Positions 26,352 through 34,991 of a stretch of DNA of 60,400 bases are shown here, one piece after another. The notes below the pieces were generated by a model. The model was not told the DNA's origin and did no database searches. It was given only the letters and a program-made list of their open reading frames with translations. The stretch lies in the IMG/VR virus record IMGVR_UViG_3300045988_043806; one strand, written 5' to 3'. The stretch comes from a virus. Both the position numbers and the translations under genes were made by a program. How positions within the stretch are numbered: position 1 is the first letter of the stretch; the number at the start of each line of letters is the position of its first letter.

Positions 26352-27462
26352 TGTCAGTTACCTCCGTTTCTTGGTCATTCCATAAACTCTTGTAAAATTT
26401 GTCCATGCGGCGTATAAGGTGAAAGGAATTTCCTTTGCTCGCATGGCTCCTCCATGCTTGATAACAGTCATCTACTTTCGCCTTTGTGATTTCGCCTCTT
26501 TTGGCTTTCCTCACCAGCTTACGGAGCTTTCTGCGCCTTTCTTTGACTTTCTCCGAGCTGACTGTCATGATAACTTTTCCAGTATCCGTCAACCGATACT
26601 TGAATCCCAGGAATGTAAAGCCCTCTTTAATGCTGAATACTTTCGTTTTCTTCGAGTTGTACTCCATTCCCCTGCTTGCAAGGTATTTCTCATTTATCAA
26701 TTTTAGGTTTTCCAGATATTCTTTTGATGGATGGAACAGTGTTGAATCATCCATATATCTGCCGTAATCCTCGGCTTCGGTCTGCTCCCTCATCATATGG
26801 TCGTACTCACTTAGAAATGTAATACCGGCTATCTGTATCATTTGGCTGCCAGGATTATATCCCACATCCCCTGCGTACTGTCCGTCAAGAACAGTTGCAG
26901 TCTGCTCATACAGCCAATCGTCCAGTTTATCCCGGAACAATTCTTTTGTAAGGTCATGCCTCATATTCGGGTAATATCCATGAATGTCGCATTGTAAACC
27001 ATAGAAATCTGTGCCATATTTCCGATACATCCTTTGCAGAAATATTTTCATTCTATCCCTTGCATCGTCCGTTCCCTTTCCTTTCTGGCAAGCCCAATTA
27101 TCACGAATGAGCTGTTTTGTCATAATCGGGTATAGAGCGTTATCATTCAAACTCCGCTGATATACCCTATCCCGAAAGCAAGTACTTATTATGTCCCTGG
27201 GTTTCGGTGATGTTATCTTAAATTGTGTTGTCGGCCTTGCTTTATAGGTTCCCTTTTCAAGCTCTTCGCTCAATTTGTAAGTTTCCTCCATGCTGTTAAG
27301 CACATAATGAGCAACCGAACCTTTCCAGGTAACCCCTTTCTTACTTTTCATCATTGAATCGTACAAGGCATCGAAACCGATTATCTCTTCTCTATCCACG
27401 TAATTTGAATTATTGTCCATAACGTATATAGCAGTACCAGTCCTTTCAAGGGCTGACTGCAT
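26341..27462 (-). CDS. DGR reverse transcriptase
   Basis: 373 aa. YGRYMDDSTLF (YMDD box) and GSQMIQ in the motif-4 region. Located about 100 nt downstream of the TR. Confidence 0.9.
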   Translation of the reverse strand: MQSALERTGTAIYVMDNNSNYVDREEIIGFDALYDSMMKSKKGVTWKGSVAHYVLNSMEETYKLSEELEKGTYKARPTTQFKITSPKPRDIISTCFRDRVYQRSLNDNALYPIMTKQLIRDNWACQKGKGTDDARDRMKIFLQRMYRKYGTDFYGLQCDIHGYYPNMRHDLTKELFRDKLDDWLYEQTATVLDGQYAGDVGYNPGSQMIQIAGITFLSEYDHMMREQTEAEDYGRYMDDSTLFHPSKEYLENLKLINEKYLASRGMEYNSKKTKVFSIKEGFTFLGFKYRLTDTGKVIMTVSSEKVKERRRKLRKLVRKAKRGEITKAKVDDCYQAWRSHASKGNSFHLIRRMDKFYKSLWNDQETEVTDNEN

Positions 27463-27563
27463 CGCTACAGTGGTGTTTTGCCATTCGGCAAGGATAAGAA
27501 CTTCTTGTGTTAGATTGGTCGGAGCACCACCTCTGTGAGGCAGCCGTATGTCCTAAATACCAC

Positions 27564-27683
27564 ACAATCCGGAGCGCAGCGATTAGCCCAGTTCGCGTTG
27601 TTGTTGTTGACGTTACCATCGGAGTTCACATACCACGTATTGTTCGAGTTGCTCCGATTAGCCGAGCGCAGGCGGACGTTCTG
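27564..27683 (-). repeat. DGR template repeat (TR, ~120 nt, non-coding RNA template)
   Basis: AAC/AAT-rich (about 32 adenines by my count). Identical to VR1 and VR2 except at adenines. Lacks the downstream hairpin found after both VRs. Confidence 0.85.
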
Positions 27684-27714
27684 CGTTTCAGTCCTCATCC
27701 CTGTATAATAAACA

Positions 27715-28140
27715 CTATTTCCGTTGTTTTACGGCATAGCGTTCACTATCGCTTTCATTCCAGTTTCGTATCATTCCCCGGATTTTTAATACTTTACCAA
27801 CCCAGTATTTGACACGCTTTGATTTCAGGTGAAACGAGGATTTTGCGATGCCTATGAGTGCTAAAAGCCTGTTGCAATTTCTTGCGGCTCTTAACTGTAG
27901 ACGGCTCCTCTCCTCCCAGTTGCTATCGCCACGTTTCTGTACTCTGATATTGTTTGCGTCCCATGAATCTATGTAAATATTCTTTGCGGTTTCCACAATA
28001 TCGTCCGTAACGCAGCCTTTATATTCTGGAAGAAATATTTTCTCATTTCTTGTAATCTGGAGCGTATATGTCACAAGGTCCAACTCGTGCATGAATACGT
28101 CCATCTTACATGGTCGTCTTTCTCCCTCTGGTACTGCCAT
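27715..28140 (-). CDS. avd: Avd-like accessory variability determinant
   Basis: 141 aa, basic and predicted helical. AAAGGAGG RBS before ATG 28140. Canonical position between the target gene and the TR. Confidence 0.7.
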   Translation of the reverse strand: MAVPEGERRPCKMDVFMHELDLVTYTLQITRNEKIFLPEYKGCVTDDIVETAKNIYIDSWDANNIRVQKRGDSNWEERSRLQLRAARNCNRLLALIGIAKSSFHLKSKRVKYWVGKVLKIRGMIRNWNESDSERYAVKQRK

Positions 28141-28165
28141 CTTGATTCCTCCTTTCAAAAAATAT

Positions 28166-28187
28166 CCCGGCATCCGTGGGTGCCGGG
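28166..28187 (-). promoter_or_regulatory. DGR target-recognition hairpin downstream of VR1
   Basis: Coding-strand CCCGGCA-CCCACGGA-TGCCGGG about 20 nt past the stop codon. One loop base differs from the 13314..13335 copy. Confidence 0.6.
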
Positions 28188-28206
28188 GATTAAAACGATT
28201 ATTCGA

Positions 28207-29427
28207 TTAGCAAAGCCAACAAGCCGGAGCGCAGCGACAAGCCCAGTTCGCGCCGCCGTAGCCGCTGACGGCACCATCGGAGCTCACATACCACGTACCG
28301 TCCGAGGTGCCCCGATAAGCCGAGCGCAGGCGGACGCTCTGCGGCGAAGTGTGATTCTCAATCGCAAATGTACGAATCTGCGGATAAGTCTTGTACTGCT
28401 GCATTTTCTCCGCCATACCGGATGCACGTTTCCAGTATTCCCATACATCGTCCTCGCCAGCTTTCTGCGGATTGATTGACATTGCCTCCAAACTCGGCAG
28501 GAACACTTTATCGTAAGTTACCTCAATACCGTCCGTATCTCCATTGTCTGTAAGAGTGTTCTTCCAGGTGGATACTTTCGTTGCTTTCAATCTCTTTGTA
28601 AATTCCTCATCGAATCCGGTAAGAAATCCATGCTTTTCTTTGAGCTGGTCCGGTGTACGGTCAAAATTGTGCTGTGGTGTCCACCACTTACCGTTTGCCT
28701 CTTCGGAATTAAGCCACTGACGCATAGCACTCTGCGCCCAACGGTTATATCCGTAAGCTGTGCTCTGCAATCCATTCAATGGCGATGTCGGTTTGAAAGA
28801 TAATGTACCAAGGGCGGTTCCGCCTGTTCCCTCCACCATCGCTACAGTTTCGATAGGGTCTGTTGCCGTATTGCTCTCGAATGAATATACTTTCCATTCG
28901 CTCAGGCTGACATCCGGTGCTCCGTATAATCCTGCAAGCTGTCCTTTCGCTGGTACAGGCTTCGTAAGCGTGAACTGGTATGTTTTACCCTTTACGCAGT
29001 TATTTCCCCAGGTATCACCGATAATGACATTGTAGGTTCCTGCCGGTAACTGCTTCTCGCAATACTTAAACGCCTGGAACTGGTTGAACTGCACGCCAAA
29101 AGGCGTTGCATAATGCCACTGTACCAACATTCCCGGTACAGTTTCGCCATCCGCAAGTGTGACATCTCCAAAATGTACCACATCAAGCGGACACTCATAT
29201 GTTTTTCCGGTTGCTTTGTCGGTCCATGGTAAAATAATCTGGTCGCCATAATTAAAAACCTGGCTTGCATTTCCTGACTGAACCACTGCAAACACATCTG
29301 CAATGGAAGTCGGTTTGTAATTGTACCCACTGGCAATCGCTGTGAGTAATTCGTTCTGTTTCTCCATCAATCCAAGAAACTGCTGACCGGTTTTATCCAA
29401 CAGCATCGGTTCTGTAATTTTGCTCAT
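28207..29427 (-). CDS. DGR variable protein 1: tail-fibre/receptor-binding protein with C-type-lectin-fold VR
   Basis: 406 aa. Last structural gene after the baseplate genes. The C-terminus SVRLRSAYRGTSDGTWYVSSDGAVSGYGGANWACRCAPACWLC aligns to the TR. Confidence 0.85.
   Translation of the reverse strand: MSKITEPMLLDKTGQQFLGLMEKQNELLTAIASGYNYKPTSIADVFAVVQSGNASQVFNYGDQIILPWTDKATGKTYECPLDVVHFGDVTLADGETVPGMLVQWHYATPFGVQFNQFQAFKYCEKQLPAGTYNVIIGDTWGNNCVKGKTYQFTLTKPVPAKGQLAGLYGAPDVSLSEWKVYSFESNTATDPIETVAMVEGTGGTALGTLSFKPTSPLNGLQSTAYGYNRWAQSAMRQWLNSEEANGKWWTPQHNFDRTPDQLKEKHGFLTGFDEEFTKRLKATKVSTWKNTLTDNGDTDGIEVTYDKVFLPSLEAMSINPQKAGEDDVWEYWKRASGMAEKMQQYKTYPQIRTFAIENHTSPQSVRLRSAYRGTSDGTWYVSSDGAVSGYGGANWACRCAPACWLC
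28219..28341 (-). repeat. DGR variable region VR1 (123 nt)
   Basis: Aligns with TR 27564..27683. All alignable mismatches are at TR adenines. One extra codon lies within the (AAC)4 block. Confidence 0.85.
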
Positions 29428-29432
29428 CTCTT

Positions 29433-29636
29433 TTATTCCTCACTTTCATAGGTTACGCATAACGTGCCATCGACAACTGAAAATCCATATCCGTCCATCT
29501 GCTCTTTTAATGCGATGTCATTCTCAATGAGCTGTTTCGGTGCCTGGTTCACATTATCCGCATGGTTTGTGTCGGTTGTTTCCACTATCGGAATGCTGTC
29601 TTTGTAGGTAGCGGAACTCGGTTTGTATGCTTTCAT
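29433..29636 (-). CDS. hypothetical protein (tail-fibre associated)
   Basis: 67-aa ORF immediately upstream of the fibre gene. Confidence 0.45.
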   Translation of the reverse strand: MKAYKPSSATYKDSIPIVETTDTNHADNVNQAPKQLIENDIALKEQMDGYGFSVVDGTLCVTYESEE

Positions 29637-29657
29637 GGTTTCCTCCTCTCTGCCGGA

Positions 29658-30041
29658 TTAGAAAACATCATCCAGCGTGTATGTCATTTCAATATCGTTA
29701 TCCTTTCCCTTTCTGGTAAAGGTCTTGATACAAACAATATCGCCGTTGGCATCATACAGCCCAATTTCACTGATATACTGTCCGGCAAGCTCTGATTCTC
29801 CAAGCGTGCATTCGTATCTGCATGTGGTTTCTGTGATAAAGTTATAGCCGCTGATAGGCTTACGGAGCAGTTCCTTTTTCAGTGCTGTCTGTGTTTCAGA
29901 CGGAGAAATAACATTTCCTGCGCTGTCTACTCCTCCAGAGCCAAATGCCATGCCGACAATTTTAGGAAGTGTAATCGCTCCTGCTCTTGCCTGTACCATT
30001 TTCTTTCTGGCTGATTTTGTAATAATTACATTCTGTGCCAT
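29658..30041 (-). CDS. tail-collar fibre-like protein (DUF3751-like)
   Basis: 127 aa. AFGSGGVDSAGNVISPSETQTALKKELLRK...ISEIGLYDANGDIV pattern. Confidence 0.55.
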   Translation of the reverse strand: MAQNVIITKSARKKMVQARAGAITLPKIVGMAFGSGGVDSAGNVISPSETQTALKKELLRKPISGYNFITETTCRYECTLGESELAGQYISEIGLYDANGDIVCIKTFTRKGKDNDIEMTYTLDDVF

Positions 30042-30043
30042 TC

Positions 30044-31087
30044 TTAGATAGTCTCCTTTCTGTTTAATGAATTAAGCAATCTTGAACCGTTCATTTTCAA
30101 TGAACCATCAAAATATGCCAGATTCCTTTTCACTGTGCAGGTAGCATTTCCATAACTTTCAGAAATGGATGCCACCGGTATTTTGATATTTGCCGTAGTC
30201 TTATTGTCTGCTCTGCAATAATTCATCAGCAAGTTTCCATCCATCGGAACAGAGCCATCAAAAAACAAAGACTGCCAGTTAAATGCTTTCGCACTGACAG
30301 TCTGCTTCTCAATATGCATTTTTTCTGATAGCGGAACTTTCGCCCTCGCTGTCATTCGCTCAATATCCAACGTTTCTGCAATCCGAAATTCGCCCTCTTT
30401 GTATTTCACTCCGAGTCGCATTTCATATTCGATAGCCGCATCCATGAGATGTGAACCATCCCACAACTCGGAACCATCAAACCATCGAGCTTTCCAGAAC
30501 GGTATTTTGAATAGCAACCCTATATTGCTGACCATGAATTTTTCAGAAAACACAATTTCGAACATCGAATAGTCATTCACAAAATATGTTGTATGTGATT
30601 CCTTTAATTTATCAATCAGCTTTCGGACTTTCTTTGAATCCAGCGTGCCATCGCCATTGAAAAAAGCCTTAAATACATTCGGGTGAGGCGGCTTATACTT
30701 CAATGGTCCTGCATCGTGGCAATCTGCTATATGTACCGTAAATCCGGTTGCATTTTCCAGATACCGCTCCATAATGTACGGTGTCATTGGCAAATGATAA
30801 TCTCTCTTTTCGTATATCGCTTGTCTGCGCTCCTGGTAAGAAAGATTTTCCTGCACCGGCAATCCCCATTTTATTTCATGCCAGCATAATCCCCAGGTCG
30901 CTGTTTCCGGGAAAAACTGTTCCGGTAATTCCTCTGCTAGCTTCAAAGCCTTGTCATATTCCAACCCCATGACCTGAAACATCCATTTGCCGACATACGA
31001 TTTATCGTAAAATCCGGGTGTCACATAGGACAGCATTTTTAAGGCGCTCTCGCTCGTCGGGAATAATTCCAATTCTTCATCTGTCAT
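30044..31087 (-). CDS. baseplate/tail protein, XkdU/DUF2313-like
   Basis: 347 aa. N-terminal LSYVTPGFYDKS...FFPETATWGLCWHEIKWGLP pattern. Confidence 0.6.
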   Translation of the reverse strand: MTDEELELFPTSESALKMLSYVTPGFYDKSYVGKWMFQVMGLEYDKALKLAEELPEQFFPETATWGLCWHEIKWGLPVQENLSYQERRQAIYEKRDYHLPMTPYIMERYLENATGFTVHIADCHDAGPLKYKPPHPNVFKAFFNGDGTLDSKKVRKLIDKLKESHTTYFVNDYSMFEIVFSEKFMVSNIGLLFKIPFWKARWFDGSELWDGSHLMDAAIEYEMRLGVKYKEGEFRIAETLDIERMTARAKVPLSEKMHIEKQTVSAKAFNWQSLFFDGSVPMDGNLLMNYCRADNKTTANIKIPVASISESYGNATCTVKRNLAYFDGSLKMNGSRLLNSLNRKETI

Positions 31088-31098
31088 CGTCCGTCCTC

Positions 31099-32223
31099 CT
31101 AACTTCTGAAATCAATCGTTCCAGTAACCGGATATTCTTCTTTCTCCAACTTGATATTGCTCATTTTGCCATTTATCAGGAATGTGTCGAAGTCCTCCAC
31201 TCCATCAATAGCAGTTATCAGTGGGCGCACATCATTGTATCGAAGTATTCCCTCATTTTTTGCCACGCCATATACGGTAAGCACCAGCTTCTTGAAATCC
31301 TCCTCCACACGCGCCTTGTCCGCCGATTCGTCCAGTAGCAATCCTGTAATGGTATAATTCATCTTTACAGTGGTTGCAGCCACACATGACAGTTTGGCGC
31401 ACGCCGTAGGCAATAATCGTTGCATCCGGTCATTCGGAGAAACAATGTAGTTATACACATCATTTATCAGCTTTGTATTTGCCGGCTGTCCGTTTCCATC
31501 AACCAGTACCAGTTTTACGGTTCCAGGACCATCAAAAGCCGCCACAACAGTGCAATCTCCTGCGCCTGCTTCTTTCGCCCATCGGACAAAATCGCTGTCA
31601 TTCCCCAGGTATGTTTTGCTATTATCATATTCAGCAAATATCCTGTCGAAATAATCTCCGTCCTCTTCTCGCACCGTTCCACCGGAAATCGGCTCTGCAT
31701 TATCTATGCCGGTAATGTTCTTGTCACTCTTTGCCATAATGCATACGGTATGAGCTGCCACATTTGAACCGATACCACTTTCAACTGCTGTTACGGCCAC
31801 TGTTACAGTGCCATCATCAGCTATTGTGCAGTCCTCATTCGTGGCAAATTCTATCGCAGGGTTATCATCTACAGCCGGTACGCAAAAAACGGTGCCTGCG
31901 GCTATTACGCTGCCTGCAACACCGGTAATTGTTATGTTTCCAGTCGCATACTGTTCTGCGTGCCTTGTCACATGAACCTGCGCCCCATGCAAATCGAGCC
32001 AATCATCCCAGGCATACTGCGGAAACGCAAGCATTACTGCCCTTATCAGATGATAATTGATAAACTCTGATTTCTCCTCTGCCGCCGGTCTTGTGAAATC
32101 ATAAGGAAATCCGGCAGGCATATCGTCTATATCATCCGGCAAGCTCGCCATCATTCGCTCGTGTATTTCATCGGTTGTGCTCCCATCGAAGCACTCCGGT
32201 CTATGAAATTCTGGTTGCGCCAT
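31099..32223 (-). CDS. baseplate J-like protein (XkdT-like)
   Basis: 374 aa. Size and position between the XkdS-like and XkdU-like genes. DDMPAGFPYDFTRPAAEE... N-terminus typical of baseplate J. Confidence 0.7.
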   Translation of the reverse strand: MAQPEFHRPECFDGSTTDEIHERMMASLPDDIDDMPAGFPYDFTRPAAEEKSEFINYHLIRAVMLAFPQYAWDDWLDLHGAQVHVTRHAEQYATGNITITGVAGSVIAAGTVFCVPAVDDNPAIEFATNEDCTIADDGTVTVAVTAVESGIGSNVAAHTVCIMAKSDKNITGIDNAEPISGGTVREEDGDYFDRIFAEYDNSKTYLGNDSDFVRWAKEAGAGDCTVVAAFDGPGTVKLVLVDGNGQPANTKLINDVYNYIVSPNDRMQRLLPTACAKLSCVAATTVKMNYTITGLLLDESADKARVEEDFKKLVLTVYGVAKNEGILRYNDVRPLITAIDGVEDFDTFLINGKMSNIKLEKEEYPVTGTIDFRS

Positions 32224-32238
32224 CTTACCACCTCCGTT

Positions 32239-32670
32239 CTAAATATTGATTTGAAATACTTTGTCCCACTCTTTCCCCTTAACCTTGAAAGAGCAGTTCA
32301 TGCTATCGCCGTTCCATTCAAACTCGAAATCTCGCACCCATTCAGTCCTCGGATTTACAAGCAGTGCATCTCTGATGGTTCGCTCCACCATTGATTCGAC
32401 TGTCTTTTCATCGTCCTGCGCCAGTGCGTCCTCCATCTCAACACCTATATCGTTGGAATATGCAAGGCAGGAATACCGTTCTGTCATGGATACTTTCATG
32501 CACCAAATCATGTAGCCCTCTTCTCCGGTACACTCCACAACCTGGTTTGCTGCATTTCTCACGAAATCCCCTTTTTCGGGATTCCATTTCATTGTCCTTT
32601 TGTATTGTGTATCATACTCGGAACTTTCTTCGATAAACGCAGGAACGGCAACTGTTACAATATTTGCCAT
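32239..32670 (-). CDS. baseplate wedge protein, XkdS/DUF2634-like
   Basis: 143 aa. TERYSCLAYSNDIGVEMEDAL...IRDALLVNPRTEWVRDFEFEW pattern. Confidence 0.6.
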   Translation of the reverse strand: MANIVTVAVPAFIEESSEYDTQYKRTMKWNPEKGDFVRNAANQVVECTGEEGYMIWCMKVSMTERYSCLAYSNDIGVEMEDALAQDDEKTVESMVERTIRDALLVNPRTEWVRDFEFEWNGDSMNCSFKVKGKEWDKVFQINI

Positions 32671-32680
32671 CGTTTACCTC

Positions 32681-33049
32681 CTACGAACCTGTTACAACGT
32701 CTATGACGCAGGCTTCATTCATTACCCACGCCACAAGCACCCTGTCCCCAGGCTTTATCTGTGGAGGCGCAATCGTGTGACCATGGGAACCATCGCCACT
32801 TGAATGTCCTCCATGCTTTCCGCCGCTTGTTGTAAAAGATAATCCTCCTACGTGTCTGCATACCGAATATTGGCCTTTCGGAATTGCTACTGGGAAAGTA
32901 TTTGTGATGAGGCTGCCGTTTCCCTGGATTTCTCCAAAGTCCAGGCATAACGATGTATCATTTTCTCTTCGCATCCTGTCACTTAAAACATTTGCCAGCT
33001 TATTTGTACCGGCATTCGCATCGAAATTTTCCACGTTATCGCCTCCCAT
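32681..33049 (-). CDS. XkdR/DUF2577-like baseplate protein
   Basis: 122 aa. C-terminal IKPGDRVLVAWVMNEACVIDVV pattern. Confidence 0.55.
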   Translation of the reverse strand: MGGDNVENFDANAGTNKLANVLSDRMRRENDTSLCLDFGEIQGNGSLITNTFPVAIPKGQYSVCRHVGGLSFTTSGGKHGGHSSGDGSHGHTIAPPQIKPGDRVLVAWVMNEACVIDVVTGS

Positions 33050-34287
33050 TATTCAAAAGTTCCATTATCCACCCATCCGTAAACATTGCTGCCACTGTCA
33101 GTGTGTATCAAATGCCAAGGATGAGTTTTTCCAGAACCATTTTTGATTGTTATTTTCGCTTTTCCGGCTCTTGCACTATATCCTCTTGAACCAGAATAGG
33201 ACGATACATAATGCGTACCGCCCTTAAAATTTACAATATCTCCGACATTGTAATCCTTTTTCTTTGTTGTCTGTGTTGCTGTTTCGGTCTTGGCAAGTTC
33301 CAGGTCCATTGTCATGCTGTAAATATCGCAATCATGCCGGATTCCAACCACGTAATAATAATTCTGTGCGGAACCTATCATAACGTAGACTAAATCGCCT
33401 TTTCGGATGAATGGCACGTCTGGAGCCTGCACTGTAATTTCTTCATTAATCACGCCATCTTCATCGATGATTTTTTGTGCGGCTGTCTTTGCCTCATCCA
33501 GGCTTTCGTCTTTTCCTCTGGTGTAGATTCTCTGACGGATTCCGTATTTTGTAAGCCCATCTACCGTTGCCTCGACCGGAGAATTACCATCATCGTCTGC
33601 CTGCCCCAGCACCTTTACCCTGGTAACAAGGCTTGCGGTGCTTATTGACTGGCTGATAGATTTTGTGTTATCCACCCGGAACACATAAACATCTGTGTTC
33701 GTGCCACGCTCCACCACATCTGCATACCCCTCCGCCGCCCGGATGATGAATTTTCCTCCGCCCTTTTTGTAGGCATCGTCCAAAACATCCAGCAACATAT
33801 CAGATACATACGAACTGCTGTATTTCATTTTTTCGTGAGATACATTCGGTCCGCTATATCCTTTTGTGGGTATTCCCCACTCGTCAAATGCACCGGTCAT
33901 AATGGATTTTGTACCGGTTCCTGCGGAATAAAATTTGTTGTCCTGGCTCCTCTGCAAATCATACAGAGAATCATATGCAACGCATTTTAGGGTATTGGAA
34001 CTGCTTTGCTCCTGCGGATTCCATTCCTGCACCGTTCCCCTTGCCACTTCTCTGTCCTGCTTTCCTCCATCACTCGCAAAAATACCAATAAGACATCCGG
34101 GTTTGATTAACTCTGATAATCGCCCCGCAGATGTCTTATCATTCTTTGCTGTAAATGAAGTTCGGACAGAAATCTCATTTTTGTTTTCTTCCCAGCCAAG
34201 ACCTGTGACAAATTCTTTTATGTTATACTGCTTTCCGCCACTATCTATAACGGTAAGTCGGTATGCGATTTTTGATAAATCTATCAT
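33049..34287 (-). CDS. XkdQ/gpD-like baseplate hub protein
   Basis: AGGAGG 7 nt before ATG 34287. About 412 aa. Position after the LysM protein, as in the PBSX xkdP-xkdQ order. Confidence 0.55.
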   Translation of the reverse strand: MIDLSKIAYRLTVIDSGGKQYNIKEFVTGLGWEENKNEISVRTSFTAKNDKTSAGRLSELIKPGCLIGIFASDGGKQDREVARGTVQEWNPQEQSSSNTLKCVAYDSLYDLQRSQDNKFYSAGTGTKSIMTGAFDEWGIPTKGYSGPNVSHEKMKYSSSYVSDMLLDVLDDAYKKGGGKFIIRAAEGYADVVERGTNTDVYVFRVDNTKSISQSISTASLVTRVKVLGQADDDGNSPVEATVDGLTKYGIRQRIYTRGKDESLDEAKTAAQKIIDEDGVINEEITVQAPDVPFIRKGDLVYVMIGSAQNYYYVVGIRHDCDIYSMTMDLELAKTETATQTTKKKDYNVGDIVNFKGGTHYVSSYSGSRGYSARAGKAKITIKNGSGKTHPWHLIHTDSGSNVYGWVDNGTFE

Positions 34288-34298
34288 CTTCGCACCTC

Positions 34299-34988
34299 CT
34301 ATGCCGCCGGAATTGACAGCGTTGTTCCCGGCCATATCCAATGACCATGGTCTGAACTGCTTTTGCCATGTTTCTTGGCTGCCGCCTCAATCGTTGAAGC
34401 ATTTGCATCGTAAATCTTCGTCCACTTTGTACCACTTCCAAGTTTTCGTGAAGCAATCCCCCACAACGTATCGCCACTGACAATCGTGTAGGAAGAGCCT
34501 TTATTTGAGTTATCATTTCTCGGAACTGTCTTTTTTACAAAGGCGTCAATTTTTAATTCGTTTGTTGTATAGATTTTCAGGTCTTTTGCCTGTGAAAACT
34601 TAATGCCATAGCTTACATCTCCATAAGCACCAAAAGGGTCGGGTGTAAATGATTCAATCGTAACATCCATGTTAATCCATGTTTCTGTTACAAGCAGATT
34701 CAGCACCGTTCCCTCTTCCTGCCATTCCCTCAACTGCTTAATGCATTTATCGGGTTTCTGGTAACTTTCCGCTTTCACAACCGCCAGATTCTTTCTGTCC
34801 GGTCCGAAGAAAACGGCATCCCATGAGATTTCCGCCACTTCTGTTCCCTTTGGCACCTTTACGGCACCCTGGGAGATAATATCATAGGTCTGATACTTCG
34901 TCCCAAGACTGCCGCTTATCTTCTCCGGCAACGAAGAGAACGTAAACGACTTCTCTTTATCAGCCGCTTCAAACAGTTTTATTTCCAT
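34299..34988 (-). CDS. LysM-domain tail protein (XkdP-like)
   Basis: 229 aa. C-terminal LysM motif YTIVSGDTLWGIASRKLGSGTKWTKIYDAN. Confidence 0.7.
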   Translation of the reverse strand: MEIKLFEAADKEKSFTFSSLPEKISGSLGTKYQTYDIISQGAVKVPKGTEVAEISWDAVFFGPDRKNLAVVKAESYQKPDKCIKQLREWQEEGTVLNLLVTETWINMDVTIESFTPDPFGAYGDVSYGIKFSQAKDLKIYTTNELKIDAFVKKTVPRNDNSNKGSSYTIVSGDTLWGIASRKLGSGTKWTKIYDANASTIEAAAKKHGKSSSDHGHWIWPGTTLSIPAA

Positions 34989-34991
34989 CGC

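Noticed and set aside
27510-27698. 62-aa minus-strand ORF rich in Asn (…NNTWYVNSDGNVNNNNANWANRCAP…).
   Set aside because: It is the DGR template repeat read as protein. It has no RBS, it is a truncated copy of the VR-encoded C-termini, and its adenine-rich codons are the mutagenesis template. It is annotated as the TR, not as a CDS.
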